From contig CM059432.1 of the NCBI GenBank assembly GCA_030390025.1, positions 119,166,001 through 119,230,000 of the forward strand: 64,000 bases of DNA. Reading direction: 5' to 3'. The position numbers and the translations under genes are program-made. Below are positions 38,401 to 50,784 of the stretch, one piece after another. The notes under the pieces are model-generated. The model worked only from the letters and a program-made list of their open reading frames with translations, did not search any database and had not been told where the DNA came from. The first letter of the stretch is position 1; every line of letters begins with the position of its first letter. The stretch comes from Squalus acanthias. Lineage: Eukaryota.

Positions 38401-38675
38401 GTCTAGAACTAGGGGATATAGCCTAAAAAATTAGAGCCAGGCCATTCAGGAGTGAAATTAGGAAACACTTCTACACACAAAGGGTGGTAGACGTTTGGAA
38501 CTCTCTTCCGCAAACGGCAATTGATGCTAGATCAATTGTTAATTTTAAATCTGAGATTGATAGATTTTTGTTAACTAAAGGTATTAAGGAATATGGGCCA
38601 AAGGCGGGTATATGGAGTTAGGTTTCATTGAATGGCAGAACAAGTTCGAGGGGCTAAATTGTCTACTCCTGTTCC
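35464..38675 (+). mobile_element. CR1 LINE 3' portion interrupted by an L2
   Basis: Left part encodes NYRPVCLTSVVGK; resumes about 37386 with [27 protein letters not shown] and the 3' tail. Confidence 0.9.
35689..37385 (-). mobile_element. L2-clade LINE, 5'-truncated
   Basis: CSLDPIPT, NYRPISNLPFLSK, LLDLSAA, YADDTQLY, SRLDYSN, LHWLPVKQR; (GTT)n tail. Confidence 0.92.
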
Positions 38676-38678
38676 GAA

Positions 38679-39130
38679 GGCCCCGATATTTAGAAGTCTG
38701 CACGTTTGGGGCGAGGAAGAAGGGTTATGGATGGGTAACCTGGAAGTACGGGTTTCCTGAAAGTCCTGAAGTTTTTAACTGCGGTACATCTTTTACATTT
38801 ATTCTCCAGGTTTCCTGCAAGCTGCATGTTGGGCGGGAAAGCCTGCAACAGAAGAACGCAGTGGAGGAGCAGGTAGGGAGGCAGGGAGAGATCGCAGATG
38901 GGGGGATCTAGTGGGAGAGGGGAGAGATTGTGGGGGAAAGCGAGATGGTGGTTGGGGGGAGCAAGATCCTGGTCGGGGGAGAGATTGCAGGGGTGGGGGT
39001 GGAGATGATGGTTGGAGGGGTCCGATCGCGGCCTGGGGAGCAGACAGATCGCGGGGGTTTATAGGGGTCACTTGTTGAGCCTGGAGGAAACAATTTTGCT
39101 ACTCCTGGTCCACAAGCAGTGATGTAAAGA
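38679..39130. mobile_element. Harbinger-type non-autonomous element, one end
   Basis: Starts GGCCCCGATATT; G-rich GATC repeats; cut by the LTR fragment. Confidence 0.45.
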
Positions 39131-39960
39131 TGAAGGGATAATTACAAGTCCTAGCCCTTTTCAGGCTACCCCAGATCAGGCGTATTCCCCAGACGTTCAC
39201 CTTCAACTAAAGTTAAAGATAACCGAATCCTATAAGATGCTTAATTAGGTCTGAAGGTCAGACTACCTCCCCCTAAAGGAAAGGAACGACATGAAGATGC
39301 TACCGTCTTCCGGATAGCACTTTTAATAAGTTTAACTAGACTGTAACCTTCTGGACATTATGAGGGTCCGGAATACCCCCAGAATTCTGCAACTCCTTTG
39401 GGTATACAGAAATTGAGTTTGCGAGTTTATACAGAAATACTCTGTGAGATAATTCTAAAAATATATAGATTTATTAAAGAACCGACATTTAGTTAACAGC
39501 TGTATGGCATCGCAAATTTAATCGTTCAAAATACAAATAGCTTACATTTCTTATCAGAGATCCTTATTCTCAAATCTTAACTTCGTTACATTTCCACACT
39601 TCTACTTATTTCTTAATCCAGAATATCCACCAAAATCAAATACCTTGATTACCCGAGACTCAAAGTTAAAAACTTACAGAGCGTGCCTGTGAAGTTGAGA
39701 AACACTTGCCCCGTTCAGCGACTTCTGACTTTTCATCTGAAAAGCTCTTATTTTTATATTCTATTTTAGTGGTATTTTCTTTGAAGTATTCTGCTGATGT
39801 AAGCTAATTGTCTCTAGTGATACTCTACTGAATTGTTTTCTATTCTTACTGTCGTTTCAACTGTTGCAACCAGACTTGTGTCTCTACCTTTAGGTGTTTT
39901 AAAAACTTATAATTTTTAAGGTTATTATCAATTTATCTATTTGATGCCATTCTTAGGAAG
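39131..39960 (-). mobile_element. Partial LTR, same family as 2972-4104
   Basis: TGAAGGGATA..TCCTAGCCC matches the reverse complement of the LTR 3' end; shared block around AATAAA. Confidence 0.75.
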
Positions 39961-39984
39961 TCTTTCTATTGAATTCTTAGTAAC

Positions 39985-40457
39985 CGCTAAACCTCAATTA
40001 AATTTTAAAAATAAACCATCACATTAATAAAATAAGTATAGTTAAATAAATTAACCATTTTAAATAAAAAATTTAATTTTTGAAAAAATTTAAAATCTTT
40101 TAAAAAGTTATAAAAATAAACTTACCTGTCTTTAAAGTCTCTAAAAAAGATATACCTGTTAAAAAAAATTCAAAATAATACTTAATTCACTACTTACCTT
40201 GTTAAAAGTGGGTCTTACTCCTCCTTTTTTTATGTGTAGAATCTTCCGTACTTACCTGCGCGTTGAAACCACTAAGTGCACTGCATGCGCGCAGCCTGTA
40301 GCGCGCACGCGGTTCACCTAGGACCCGCCCCCTTTTCCATTCACCAAGTGCCGGTTTTCAGCGCATGCGCAGTGCATGCAGAAAACCGGCAATTGGAGAC
40401 AGAATACGCGAGAGTACGCAGTGCGTACTCTCGCGTAGCGGCACTAATTTTTGGGCC
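39985..40457 (+). mobile_element. Partial copy of the MITE at 45011-45752
   Basis: Near-identical to 45282-45752; ends AATTTTTGGGCC. Confidence 0.85.
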
Positions 40458-42858
40458 ATTATCACTTAACTGCTTGTAAGCCAGACGTCGTGTCTCCTAA
40501 CTATTCCATTTTCAATACGAACACAATGTAATTGCTTGGTGTCATCTATTGATGTAATATCTATAAAGTCTCTCTGTAGGTACTTTTTACAATTTGTAAT
40601 TCAAAAACACTTCATCTAGGGTGTTCTTTGCATTTCTTATTTACTTCAATTGGTTATATTAAGAACCATGTCTCCTTGTTCTAAGTTTAACATAAAACTA
40701 TTTTACGACAGGTATTTATTTTACTTGATGTCATTTTTTCAAAGGCACTTGGTTTTTTTAATGTTCTGTGCACCTGTTCGACGTGTTAGATTTTGACACT
40801 TTACTTGGGTCTTTCCATTGTGTTGGTTCCAATGTTCAGACATAGAGGAACTTTCAGCCTACTGTTTCAATGGGGCCTTCTCTTTGTATTTGCAAACATT
40901 TCCCATTTCAAAGCTTGTGATGTTTACACTTTGTTAACAACTGATCTTTATCTCAGAAGCCTGTATTTCTGTTTTACGGCTTGTGTCGTTGAGGCTTTTA
41001 GATTTTTAACCCCAGTTTGTTATGTTTTAATATTATCAAGTCTGTTTATAGGATGATGTATTTCTTGGAATATGGCTATTTCCTTCACAAAGGTACTTTA
41101 CATTATGGATCTAGCCCTTCTCTCCTCCTTTTACCTGCCGGGTATCCTGAGGCCTGGGAAACCTGGCCAGCATGAGTTAAAAATAAAAACACAGTTAAAA
41201 TGAAGGCACGTAGCATCCTTGAAAGAGTTCAATGACCGACCCCCACCCCCGTCCCGCCTCCATTAAAACTGGAAGTGAGCGGGTTCGAGGCAAGTTGGGT
41301 TCCTGTTTCAGATTTTTAACTTTTTAATCTCCCACCTGATCCAAACCCACCCATTATGGGAGGGGGGGGTTAAAATTACCCCCTATGTTCCTATGTTCCT
41401 AACTCTTACTGCCAGAAGACTGGGAGAGGGATCTAGACTGTCTTTACTGAACTTGGTGCTGGGAATATGGTAGCCCTCGATCTCCTTGAACATGGATCCT
41501 GGATGGTCCCACTATGCACTGTGATATCTCCACAGAGAGCCTTCCAGCTCTTGGATAGTGATAGGTGGTGGTGAAGTAGTGTGGAAGTGCTGCTATCCTG
41601 AGCGTGAGCTTCACCTTCCAAGACTACCTCCTTTCCACCCCTCGGGAACTGCTGGATTCCATACTAGTGGCCATTTGTTGGAAGCATCTCGGCAGATCCA
41701 CCAATGACCCCAACAAATTGTCATGCTCAGAAAGCATCTTTCTCTAAAAGGTTAGGCGCAAATTTCTGGTTTCCTGAACAGCACAGCTGGAGAGGGAAAG
41801 TATCTCCTCCTGTAGCAAGGAGTTCCTTACACCTTTTCTTCCACCTTCTCCAGATCCTGTCCACCCGTGATCAGTAATGTCCTCCTGCTGTCTATCTAAT
41901 TCTTCCAGGATGAATGTTTCTGAGCTGGCGAATGGGTAGCGTAAGTGTAATGATGGGGTACTGCTACTTCTCCTGGAGCTTTTGTCAGGTGAGTCCTAGG
42001 AAGGGCCAGCTCTGGAACCTCAGGAGATCCTGCAAAGACTCAAAAAGGACATAGTGACAAAAAGAACTTAGAAGGGTAATCTTAATGTGACATAGGTGAG
42101 CATTTCATACGGTTCTAGTACTTCTGGAAAGATTGTACAAGACTCCTTCTGATAGAATATTATATTGCAGTGTTCTGGAAACAGCCTTGGGATACTAACC
42201 CCTTGCTGGGACTTGCCCTTCTGTTTCTTCATCTCCCACAACCTCCAGGATTTGGTGTCCCTGGGTGGAGATGGCCCAATCTTCAAAGGGGTGAGGTCTC
42301 TTATGGAGGCTTCCTCTTCTTTTGTTGTCAAGCACTGCCTTCTATTGTGACCTTCTTTCTCCTCTAAGACCTGAAACAGGGATGAGGGTTATTACATACT
42401 GAGCAGTGACATTAAAGAAGCCCAGGTCAGAAGGGAGGGCTGGTAAGAGAGCAAGCTGTTTCGTGCAGATGAGAAGGTGTTCAAGCTTGGGATCTTCTAT
42501 AAGTTGGCATACTTGTGTTGTGAAAATGAGTGATAATAAAAGAAGATTTAGAGGAAGGAAGACAGGAGGCTTTCAGGACCTGTGCAAAATGTGAGGGACA
42601 AAAGGTATTGAGTTGTACACAGCAATGACCCTCTCCTTGTGAGAAAGAGAGCCAGTCAGTGTCCTGCCTTGCCCTTTCTGACAAGGTCAGTGAACTTCAT
42701 CCACGTCCTTTGGGCAGTACAGCTGGAAACCAGGTCCTGTGCTATTTGCTGTCATGCATTACATACAGCTGCTTTTGAGATTTCTTTACCCAATGTGAGG
42801 TACAGTACTACCTTCCATCTCTCTACAGCTCGTAGTAGCACTTCCGTGCTCACCTCAT

Positions 42859-44037
42859 TGTAGGGGGTGGTGGTTTGTGTCAGCTTCACTCTGACTTCTG
42901 AGCGGTTCGAATCGCTCCCACTCCCTTTGGTTCTAGACCTTGGACTTATTTGGGGGTTGTGATAAAAAGTGCAGCAGACAACTGAGTTTGATGCAAGAAC
43001 TTTGATCTTTATTTAAGAAAGTAAAACACAACACAAACACTCTTAACACTCTAAAAGTGGGGAACACTTCAGTACAAGCGAGAGAAATAACATTAGGAGA
43101 ATACTTCACCCCTCCCAATCCCACTTTACTAGCTAAGTTGGGCTGTGGAGGACCAGGGATAATGCTCATCAAACGAATCCTTGACAGTTGAGAGTTAGGG
43201 TTTAGAGTCTTTTGAGTAAAAGTTTCCTAAGGCCCTTGTTGCCGTGAGGTGTCCGATGGTCACTGAGGCTGTCGCTCTGGTCTCTTCTTGCCTGTCGGCC
43301 TACTTCTGGAGCTGCTGGCCTTCTTTGTTGAACTTCTTTCTGTTGCCCCCTCGCCTTGTTGAACTGTCTTCTTCAGAGCTGTGGAACTGCCTTTTTGCAG
43401 AACTGTGGAACTGCCTTCTGCTGGACTGCTTGCTGAACTCCTTGCTGCTGTGTAACTCTACTGGAGAACTCGAACTTGAGAACTTGTTGTAACTGCTGAA
43501 CTGACTTCTTGCATTGTAAGATTTTGGAGGGCTCGTTAACAGTAACTGGTTTGTAAATGTGTGAAGTGGTTTTCGGGATGGCTCCATCCTGTTGATCTGT
43601 TGCTTAATTGTAGCTGATTGTTCTTATGTTTTGGGTTTCTTGGCTGGGCCTGTAATTTCTATAGGGTAAGCCCAAGTAATTTGTTTTATGCATGTCTTAA
43701 TGGGCTCTGTAGCTTGGGGTGGAGACTGTTCTCCTTGGGTTTATTGTTAGGATGCTAATGTCTGATAGGGGCCGATTTAAACTTCCAGCGAGGTCATGCG
43801 GTTCCCCAGACAGTTCCCATTAGCTCCAATACCCAAACTGTTTTTACAGAGGTTGATCTCACCTTCCTTCACAGCCTTTTCTCCCTTACAAGTCCAGACA
43901 TGTTTTTAAAATCCCAAATCTTGGTTTTTGGTCTTAAATTCCTTGTTTAGGCCCAAATGCATTTTTATCACTCTGAGGTAGTTCCAAAGTCCTTTTTCCT
44001 TAGGTTTTGGGGATCTGTAAATTTTGGAAACCTTACA
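42859..44037 (-). mobile_element. Solo LTR (1179 bp) with perfect 4-bp TSD
   Basis: TGTAGG...CCTTACA termini; TCAT at 42855-42858 and 44038-44041; AATAAA on minus near 43010. Confidence 0.85.
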
Positions 44038-45010
44038 TCATTAAACTGCAGAGCACTTTGCCTTCCTCTGTGCTACAGCCATTCTATCCTGCCTGAAAAA
44101 CAGTATCAAGGGATGGAACTTGAAAAACTAACACTAACATTCCAGGGAAAACTTCAGTCACTCATACATTGAAAAGCATTTTATACTAAATCAGCTAGCT
44201 TCAATGCTTTACACTTTCAAACTATCATGAGTAGCCAAAACAGTCAGTTATCTGCTTCTAAGAACCTCAGGGTCAGTCAATTATGATTGTTCTGTTAAAC
44301 TCCCTCACTCCTGTCTCCTCTTGCCTCGTGTCCCTTTAATCAGGCTTGTGCCTTTAAGGCCCAAGGGGTGTCTGACCTTCCTGTCTTCTGAGTGGCCACT
44401 GCCCTTTCTATTTTAATGAGCACCTCCAGGAAATCTAGGAGCCTCAGTTCTTCCTGGGGTGCAGCAGTGCACAAGCTGACCCCGAATCGTGCCCACCCAG
44501 GAACATCAGCCCTTTTTCTTCCCTTGAGGCCAGTGGCACAAACTAATCCCACAAGCGAGAGTCTCTGCACCTCAGAGAAAAACGCAGTCGCTGCAACGGA
44601 AATTATGTTGCAAGAACGCTGAAAAGAGTCTCTGGTCATTTTTTTTATCATGAATAGTAATCTAAATAAATGTCTCAATAGTGCTATGGGTTAGTGTGCC
44701 AAGGGAAAATCAAAGGGTTAATAAATCTGGATCAGTTTTACTGCACCTTCTAGTAGCTGGTTACAAAAAGGCCTGAGAGGAGGTCATCTGCCCCACCCTC
44801 TTAGATGGAGCATGATAGAAGGACTAAAGAGGGAGCGGTAAAATAAAAAGAACTAATTTAAAAGTAAAATAACAGATGAAGAAAGCTTTCGGCCCATCTC
44901 AGCTCAACTATCCAGAAAGAAAACCTATGGTCCGTCACTAAGGATTCCAGTACACTACTCAGCAATCTACTCCAAATGCAGAGGACTGAGTGTTCCAAGT
45001 GTTGAATATT

Positions 45011-45752
45011 GGCCCTGAAATTAAAGACGGAGCCTTCCTGCGGGGGTAAGGCTTCCCAGCGATATCTCACTGCGCGCCTGCCTTTTCATTCCAAGCTCGC
45101 ACGAACTTTAGTTTCAAGACTGCAGCTGTGCAGTGTGTGCGTATCCCACAGACGCAGTTAATTCGTGCGAGCTGTGGGATCACGTGATTAAGTTTGAGCC
45201 AATGGCAGCACACCATCTTTCATTCATAGTTTTCACAGCAAGGGCTGTCAAAGCTATGAATCTATACACCCCCAAAAGAACAGCTAAACCTCAATTAAAT
45301 TTAAAAAAAAACCATTACATTAATAAAATAAGTATAGTTAAATAAATTAACCACTTTAAACAAAAAATTAAATTTTTGAAAAATTTAAAATCTTTTTAAA
45401 AGTTATAAAAATAAACTTACCTTTCTTTAAAGTCTCTAAAAAAGATATACCTGCTGAAAAAAATTCAAAATAATACTTAATTAACTACTTACCTTGTTAA
45501 AAGAGGGTCTTACGCCTCCTTTCTTTATGTGCAAAATCTTCCATGCTTACCTGCGCGTTCAAAGCACTAAGTGCACTGCGTGCGCGCAGCCTGTAGCGCG
45601 CACGCGGTTCACTTAGGAACCGCCCCCTTTTGAAATCACCAAGTGCCGGTTTTCAGTGCATGCGCAGTGCATGCAGAAAACCGGCAATTGGAGACAGAAT
45701 ACGCGAGAGTACACAGTGCGTACTCTCGCGTACTGAGACTAATTTTTGGGCC
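45011..45752 (+). mobile_element. Harbinger-type MITE, complete
   Basis: TIR GGCCCTGAAATT / AATTTTTGGGCC; TSD ATT. Confidence 0.8.
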
Positions 45753-46884
45753 ATTGTATATATGAAGCAATCCTTCCTGATATCAGTTTGTACCAATTCG
45801 AACCTTGGTTTATTGTAAGTAGTGTAACAGATTTACTTTCCTATACTGCTTACTGCCTTCTATGCCTTGACAAAGACCTCACTCAGTCTACTTCTTTCAA
45901 GGCTGAGACATGAACTGAAATAAGAGGTGGACTATCTGGTGCTAGAACGACACCAGGTGCAATGCCCAGCAACAGAGACCCAGTAGGAGCTTTTAGATGC
46001 AAATTATGATCTCAGTGACCTCATCTCTCTGTGGAAATAAGAACTCCATTGCATCCTCAGCAGGAGCGTTAGAGTGTATAGAAAGAAATGGCAAACTGCT
46101 TCCTGTAAGACCACAGAATCTTTAAACAGCAGCTGTAATTAATACTATTGAGGGCAGTAAGGGCTTGTTAACGAACCTAATAACAAAAAACATCTTTCAT
46201 GTTTATCGCTCAAATCTGCATACATTGGAACACTTCCCAAGAGAGATTGGTCATGAGTTTATTTCCCCTCCTTCACAAAAAAAATTATTAAAAATACTGA
46301 TATGCCTGTACATAACTATAGGCTGTGTTGGAGCCACAAATGAATAGAGCAATTATCATCGCCAAACAACTGTAAGGCATCTTGTGTAAACTGATTTACT
46401 ACTGCTCTTTATTTTTTCAAAGACCGTGAATAATCTTATGCATTGTGGATGTCTTTATTGGGTCTCTGATGAAGGAAGCCTGCTCTCATCATCTGACAAT
46501 GATTTCTGTGTGGAATCAGAAAAGGGGCAATCCCCTCCAGAATGCATTATCACTCTGTCGGTTTACTCACGTACACCATCCACGTTTGGCAGAACTATTG
46601 TAGCTATGTTGGAAAAGACATTTCCACTCTAAATCCTCCATCTCAGGAAGAGGTCCTCGGATGTTGGAAAAGGATTAATATCCAAGTGTATAATTTAGTT
46701 ATCTGCATATTGGCTGTGAACTTTAATTGTGTGTAAAGGTGCAGTAATTTTGTGATTTATCATTAATTGTGCAGCTGTTAACGTTTACCCATACTTCTAA
46801 ATTTCCTCTTGAGAGTAAACATTTCTAATTTAACATTCACACATAGGCTTGGTATTAAAAAAATTGCCTGCTAACAGCTCCTGG

Positions 46885-47346
46885 CAGCTGTGGCTCAGTG
46901 GGTAGCACACTTACCTCTGAGTCAGAGAGGTCGTGGGTTTCAAATCCCACTCCAGGGACTTGAGCACATACTGCTAGGCTGAAAATCCAGTGCAGTGCTG
47001 AGAGAGTGCTGCACTGTCGGAGGTACCATCTTTCAGAGGAGACATTAAACCGAGGCTCACTCAGGTAGACGTAAAAGATCCCATGGCACTATTTCGAAGA
47101 AGAGCAGGGGCGTTATCCCCGGTGTCCTGGCCAATATTTGTCTCACAATCAACATAACAAAAACAGATTATCTGGTCATTATCACATTGCTGTTTGTGGG
47201 AGCTTGCTGTGCACAAATTGGCTGCCGCGTTTCCCACATTACAACAGTGACCACACTCCAAAAATAGTACTTCATTGGCTGTAAAGCGCTTTGAGACGTC
47301 TGGTGGTCGTGAAAGGTGCTATATAAATGCAAGTCTTCCTTTTCTT
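46885..47346 (+). mobile_element. Deu-domain SINE, full length
   Basis: tRNA head, Deu core, CTATATAAATGCAAGTCTT tail. Confidence 0.88.
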
Positions 47347-48799
47347 CAACAGGATTTAATGCGGAACAAAAGAATTACTCAGGATTCACTTCATCCCCAC
47401 ATTGTGTTCATTTCTACATTTAAAGCTTGCTCTAAAGCATTGGAAGGAGCTGGCAAAGTTCCACTAGTGAGCAAAGCTGGAGATACTGGGGTAAACTGCA
47501 CGAGGCCCTGTGCCACTGGCGAGGCCTCTCACACGGGCAGCACATATCAAAAAGTCTCGAGCGTTTTGTCCCATCCACACTAGCTGCATCTGAGGTCCTG
47601 CCAGTGGCACAAGGCCTCACAAAGTTTACCGTCTCAGCTAAAAATGTCATAAATGTTGCATAAAGCCTGTCAATGCCAAGAGCAACAATAGCAAGAGATG
47701 ACAGCCTGGGAGGTTTGAGGTCACTGAACTGGAATTTCAGAATTACTGCTCCACTACTTCAGGGTCTCTCACTCCCACCTTATTGGCTATCCCTGGTGTG
47801 TTTCTCTAAGTGTGTAAGGCCTTTATTGTAATTTGGCCAGTGAACTTCAAGGTCTTAACATCATCGCCTAGCGTTCCTGGAAGCTGCTGCGCTGCTGTCT
47901 ATGCACCTGAAGTCTCGCCTGCAGATGTTGTTAATGCTGTATTCTGCTTAATCCCAGTCTGCACAGCAAACAGCTCTTGCTACACAAATGTGCCCGACTG
48001 TGTAGTGGAATCCACAATTCCACCTAGACCAGGCCTCATCGGTCTGGATTTTCCTGGTGAAGCCCCCTAATTTCGGGCGGTATGGAGGTGATGTGAAAGC
48101 AAATAATGGGATGGGGAGGCCTCACACCCAAAAACCCGCCCCAATAAATGGCCGTTAGCATTTTACTCTGGCGGCCCACCGTGAGTCCACACGGCCGTAA
48201 GTAAATGAAGGCAGGAGTCATAAATTACTTCTTCCTGGGATTTCCCTTAGTTTCTGCCCAGTTCTCACCCCCAGGAAACACCATTGAAACACTCATCAAA
48301 GTGCCAGTGTTGGGACCACTACAGTGTCGCAGAGGCGGGAAAGCATAATTGGTGTACCATTGCTGACAGTTATCAGCGATCCTGTAGGACTTTAACGTAT
48401 GGAAGCGACTGGCACTATCCGAGCCTCCTGAAATTAAAGCATTCAAAGGGAATATTCAGATTCTGTACGGAATTTTTAAAAAGTGAACATAATGTTATAG
48501 AATTAATGGATTTTCTATTGAGGATTCTGTTGTTGAGGAAGAGGATGATGAGAATATGGAGGAGAGGATGGAAGCCAGGAGAGTCTGGCATCATACAGGC
48601 ATGGTAACGTAATAGTTATGTTACTGGACTAGTAATCCATGAGTTCAAATCCCACCATGGCAGTTCGTGAATTTGAATTCAGCTTTTTAAAAAAAAACAA
48701 AATACATTTGGAATCAAAAGCTGGTACAGGATCAGTAAAACTGACCATGAAGCGGTCGAATTGTTGTAAAAACCCAACTGGTTCACTCATACTTGTTGC

Positions 48800-49720
48800 A
48801 GAACCAGTTTGCATAAACAGGAGGGAGGTCCTGCTCTTGCTCACACAAATGGAGGAGGCCCCCAGTAACATAATTGGCAGGGAGAGGACACGCAGCATTG
48901 AAGATGGCAAGATTGGAGGCCATCCACAGCAGGCTGTTTGGATACCTTCCCTTCTTTCTTTCTTTATACTCAAGTCTCTCAATCACATACTCAGTATGGC
49001 AACTCAGTGGTGCATTGCACTACCACTCATCTGTTACTGCTTACCCTTGCCACTCCATCCTAACCCTTGTTCCTCATCCCTCGTTCTAGTTCCATCAGAT
49101 GTTTGGGTCATGCTGCAGCAAATGCTGAAGAGGAGAAACCTACCAGAGATGCACTGTCACTCATCCTCAGCTTTCTAAGCATCAGCACAGAAACCAACAT
49201 CCCGTGTGCTACACTACCTGGTTCACTAAGCGTAAGTGAGCAAGAGCATGTAGAAATGATGGCCCAGGAAATAGTTCACCAGAGGGCAATCTCCTGTCCT
49301 AGCTCTGATCAAGAGGACAGAGATGCAGACATCAGGGTCCCAGCCTTTAAAAGAATGATGCTTATGTGCACCATCAGTTACTCAATGCATTAGTCTTCCT
49401 GCTAAGCAGCTTCTGCAGCATGTTAGGGAGTGTGGATACTCTGCAATCATCTATGGTGTGTGTGGTCACCTCAACAGGTGTTGCAGCTGAGCCCTCCATG
49501 CTGGAGTCTCTGGCATCACTAATAGCATTTCTCAGGGTTTCTAATACTGGGCCATCTAGGCTCTGAGCTCCACCATCCCCTCTGCCTTGGACAGGCTGGG
49601 AGACGGAATGGAAAGGGAGACGGAATCATGAATCTGCTACAGTCTGCTCTCCTGCAGATCAGTGGGAAAATTGACCTCATCCCGATAGCAGGGGCAGTCG
49701 TGCAAAAGGAAGGGAACAGG
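48800..49720 (+). pseudogene. Old Harbinger Myb-gene downstream exons, interrupted and decayed
   Basis: ATGGAGGAGGCC..ATAATTGG..GAAGATGG and CACTGTCACTCATCCTCA parallel 21800-22140. Confidence 0.4.
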
Positions 49721-49767
49721 TTGCCATCTCGCAGGATGATAGTATATCTGGAGCCTCGTAACCCTCG

Positions 49768-50090
49768 GGAACGGTGGCAAAGTGGTTATGTTACTGGACT
49801 AGTAATCCAGAGGCCCAGACTAATGAACGGCAGCTGTGGAATTTAAATTCAGTTAATTAAATAAATCTGGAATAAAAAGCTAATATCAATTTTTTTTTAA
49901 AGTCTGGTTCACTAATGTCCTTTAGGGAAGGAAATCTGCTGTCCTTACCTGGTCTGTCCTATATGTGACTCCAGACCCACAGCAATGTGATTGACTCTTC
50001 ACTGCCCTCTGAAATGGCCTAGCAAGGCAATTAGGGATGGGCAATAAATGTTTGCCTAGCGTCCACATCCTGTGAACAAATTAAAAAAAA
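49768..50090 (+). mobile_element. Second tRNA-derived SINE family (partial copy at 48600-48790)
   Basis: Head GTGGTTATGTTACTGGACTAGTAATCCA shared by both copies; core GGAAGGAAATCTGCTGTCCTTACCTGG; tail GGGATGGGCAATAAATG. Confidence 0.7.
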
Positions 50091-50399
50091 CTTCCTCAAG
50101 CAAAGGCATCAGACAGTGGGGCCAGATAGCCCTGGCAGCTGATAAGTGGTTACAGACTACACCTGGGCCCTCTCTGGCCTGACTCCGAGAAGCCATCCCT
50201 AATCACAAGAGCCCTTGACTGAGCCACAGTACTCTTCCACCTCCCAGGCTGCAGCGACTGGGGGAGCACTATCCTAGACAGGAGAGCACTTAAGGCAGGT
50301 AGTAGGGTCTCACACCAGGGTGCAAATTAGTACTAGGAATTGTTATCATCCATGACAATTATAATCCTTTTTGAAATCTTTATGTCCAGAGAAAAAAAA

Positions 50400-50784
50400 A
50401 AGAAAGAACTTGCATTTATATAGTGCCCTTCACAACCTCAAGACATCCCAAAGCATTGTACAGCCAATTAAGTAGTTTTGAAGTGTAGTCACTGTTGTAA
50501 TGTAGTAAACGCGGCAGCCAATTTGTGCTCAGCAAGGTCCCACAAGCAGCAATGTGATAATGACCAGATGATCTGTTTTAGTGGTGTTAGTTGAGGGATT
50601 AATATTGGCCAGGATATCGGGTAGAATTCCATTACTCTTCTTCGAAATAATGTGGGATCTTTTACGTCCACCTGAGAGGGCAGACGGGGCCTCAGTTTAA
50701 CGTCTCATCTGAAAGACTGCACCTCCGACAGTGCAGCAGTCCTTCAGTACTGCACTCAATTGTCAGCATAGTTTCTGTGCTCAA
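50400..50784 (-). mobile_element. Deu-domain SINE; its head reappears at about 53955-53982
   Basis: Reverse complement of SINE body; GCTACCAACTGAGCCACGGCTGACAC follows the Harbinger copy. Confidence 0.85.

Noticed and set aside
43244..43587. ORFs inside the solo LTR
   Set aside because: Low-complexity products of short tandem repeats; no counterpart recognisable in the related LTR
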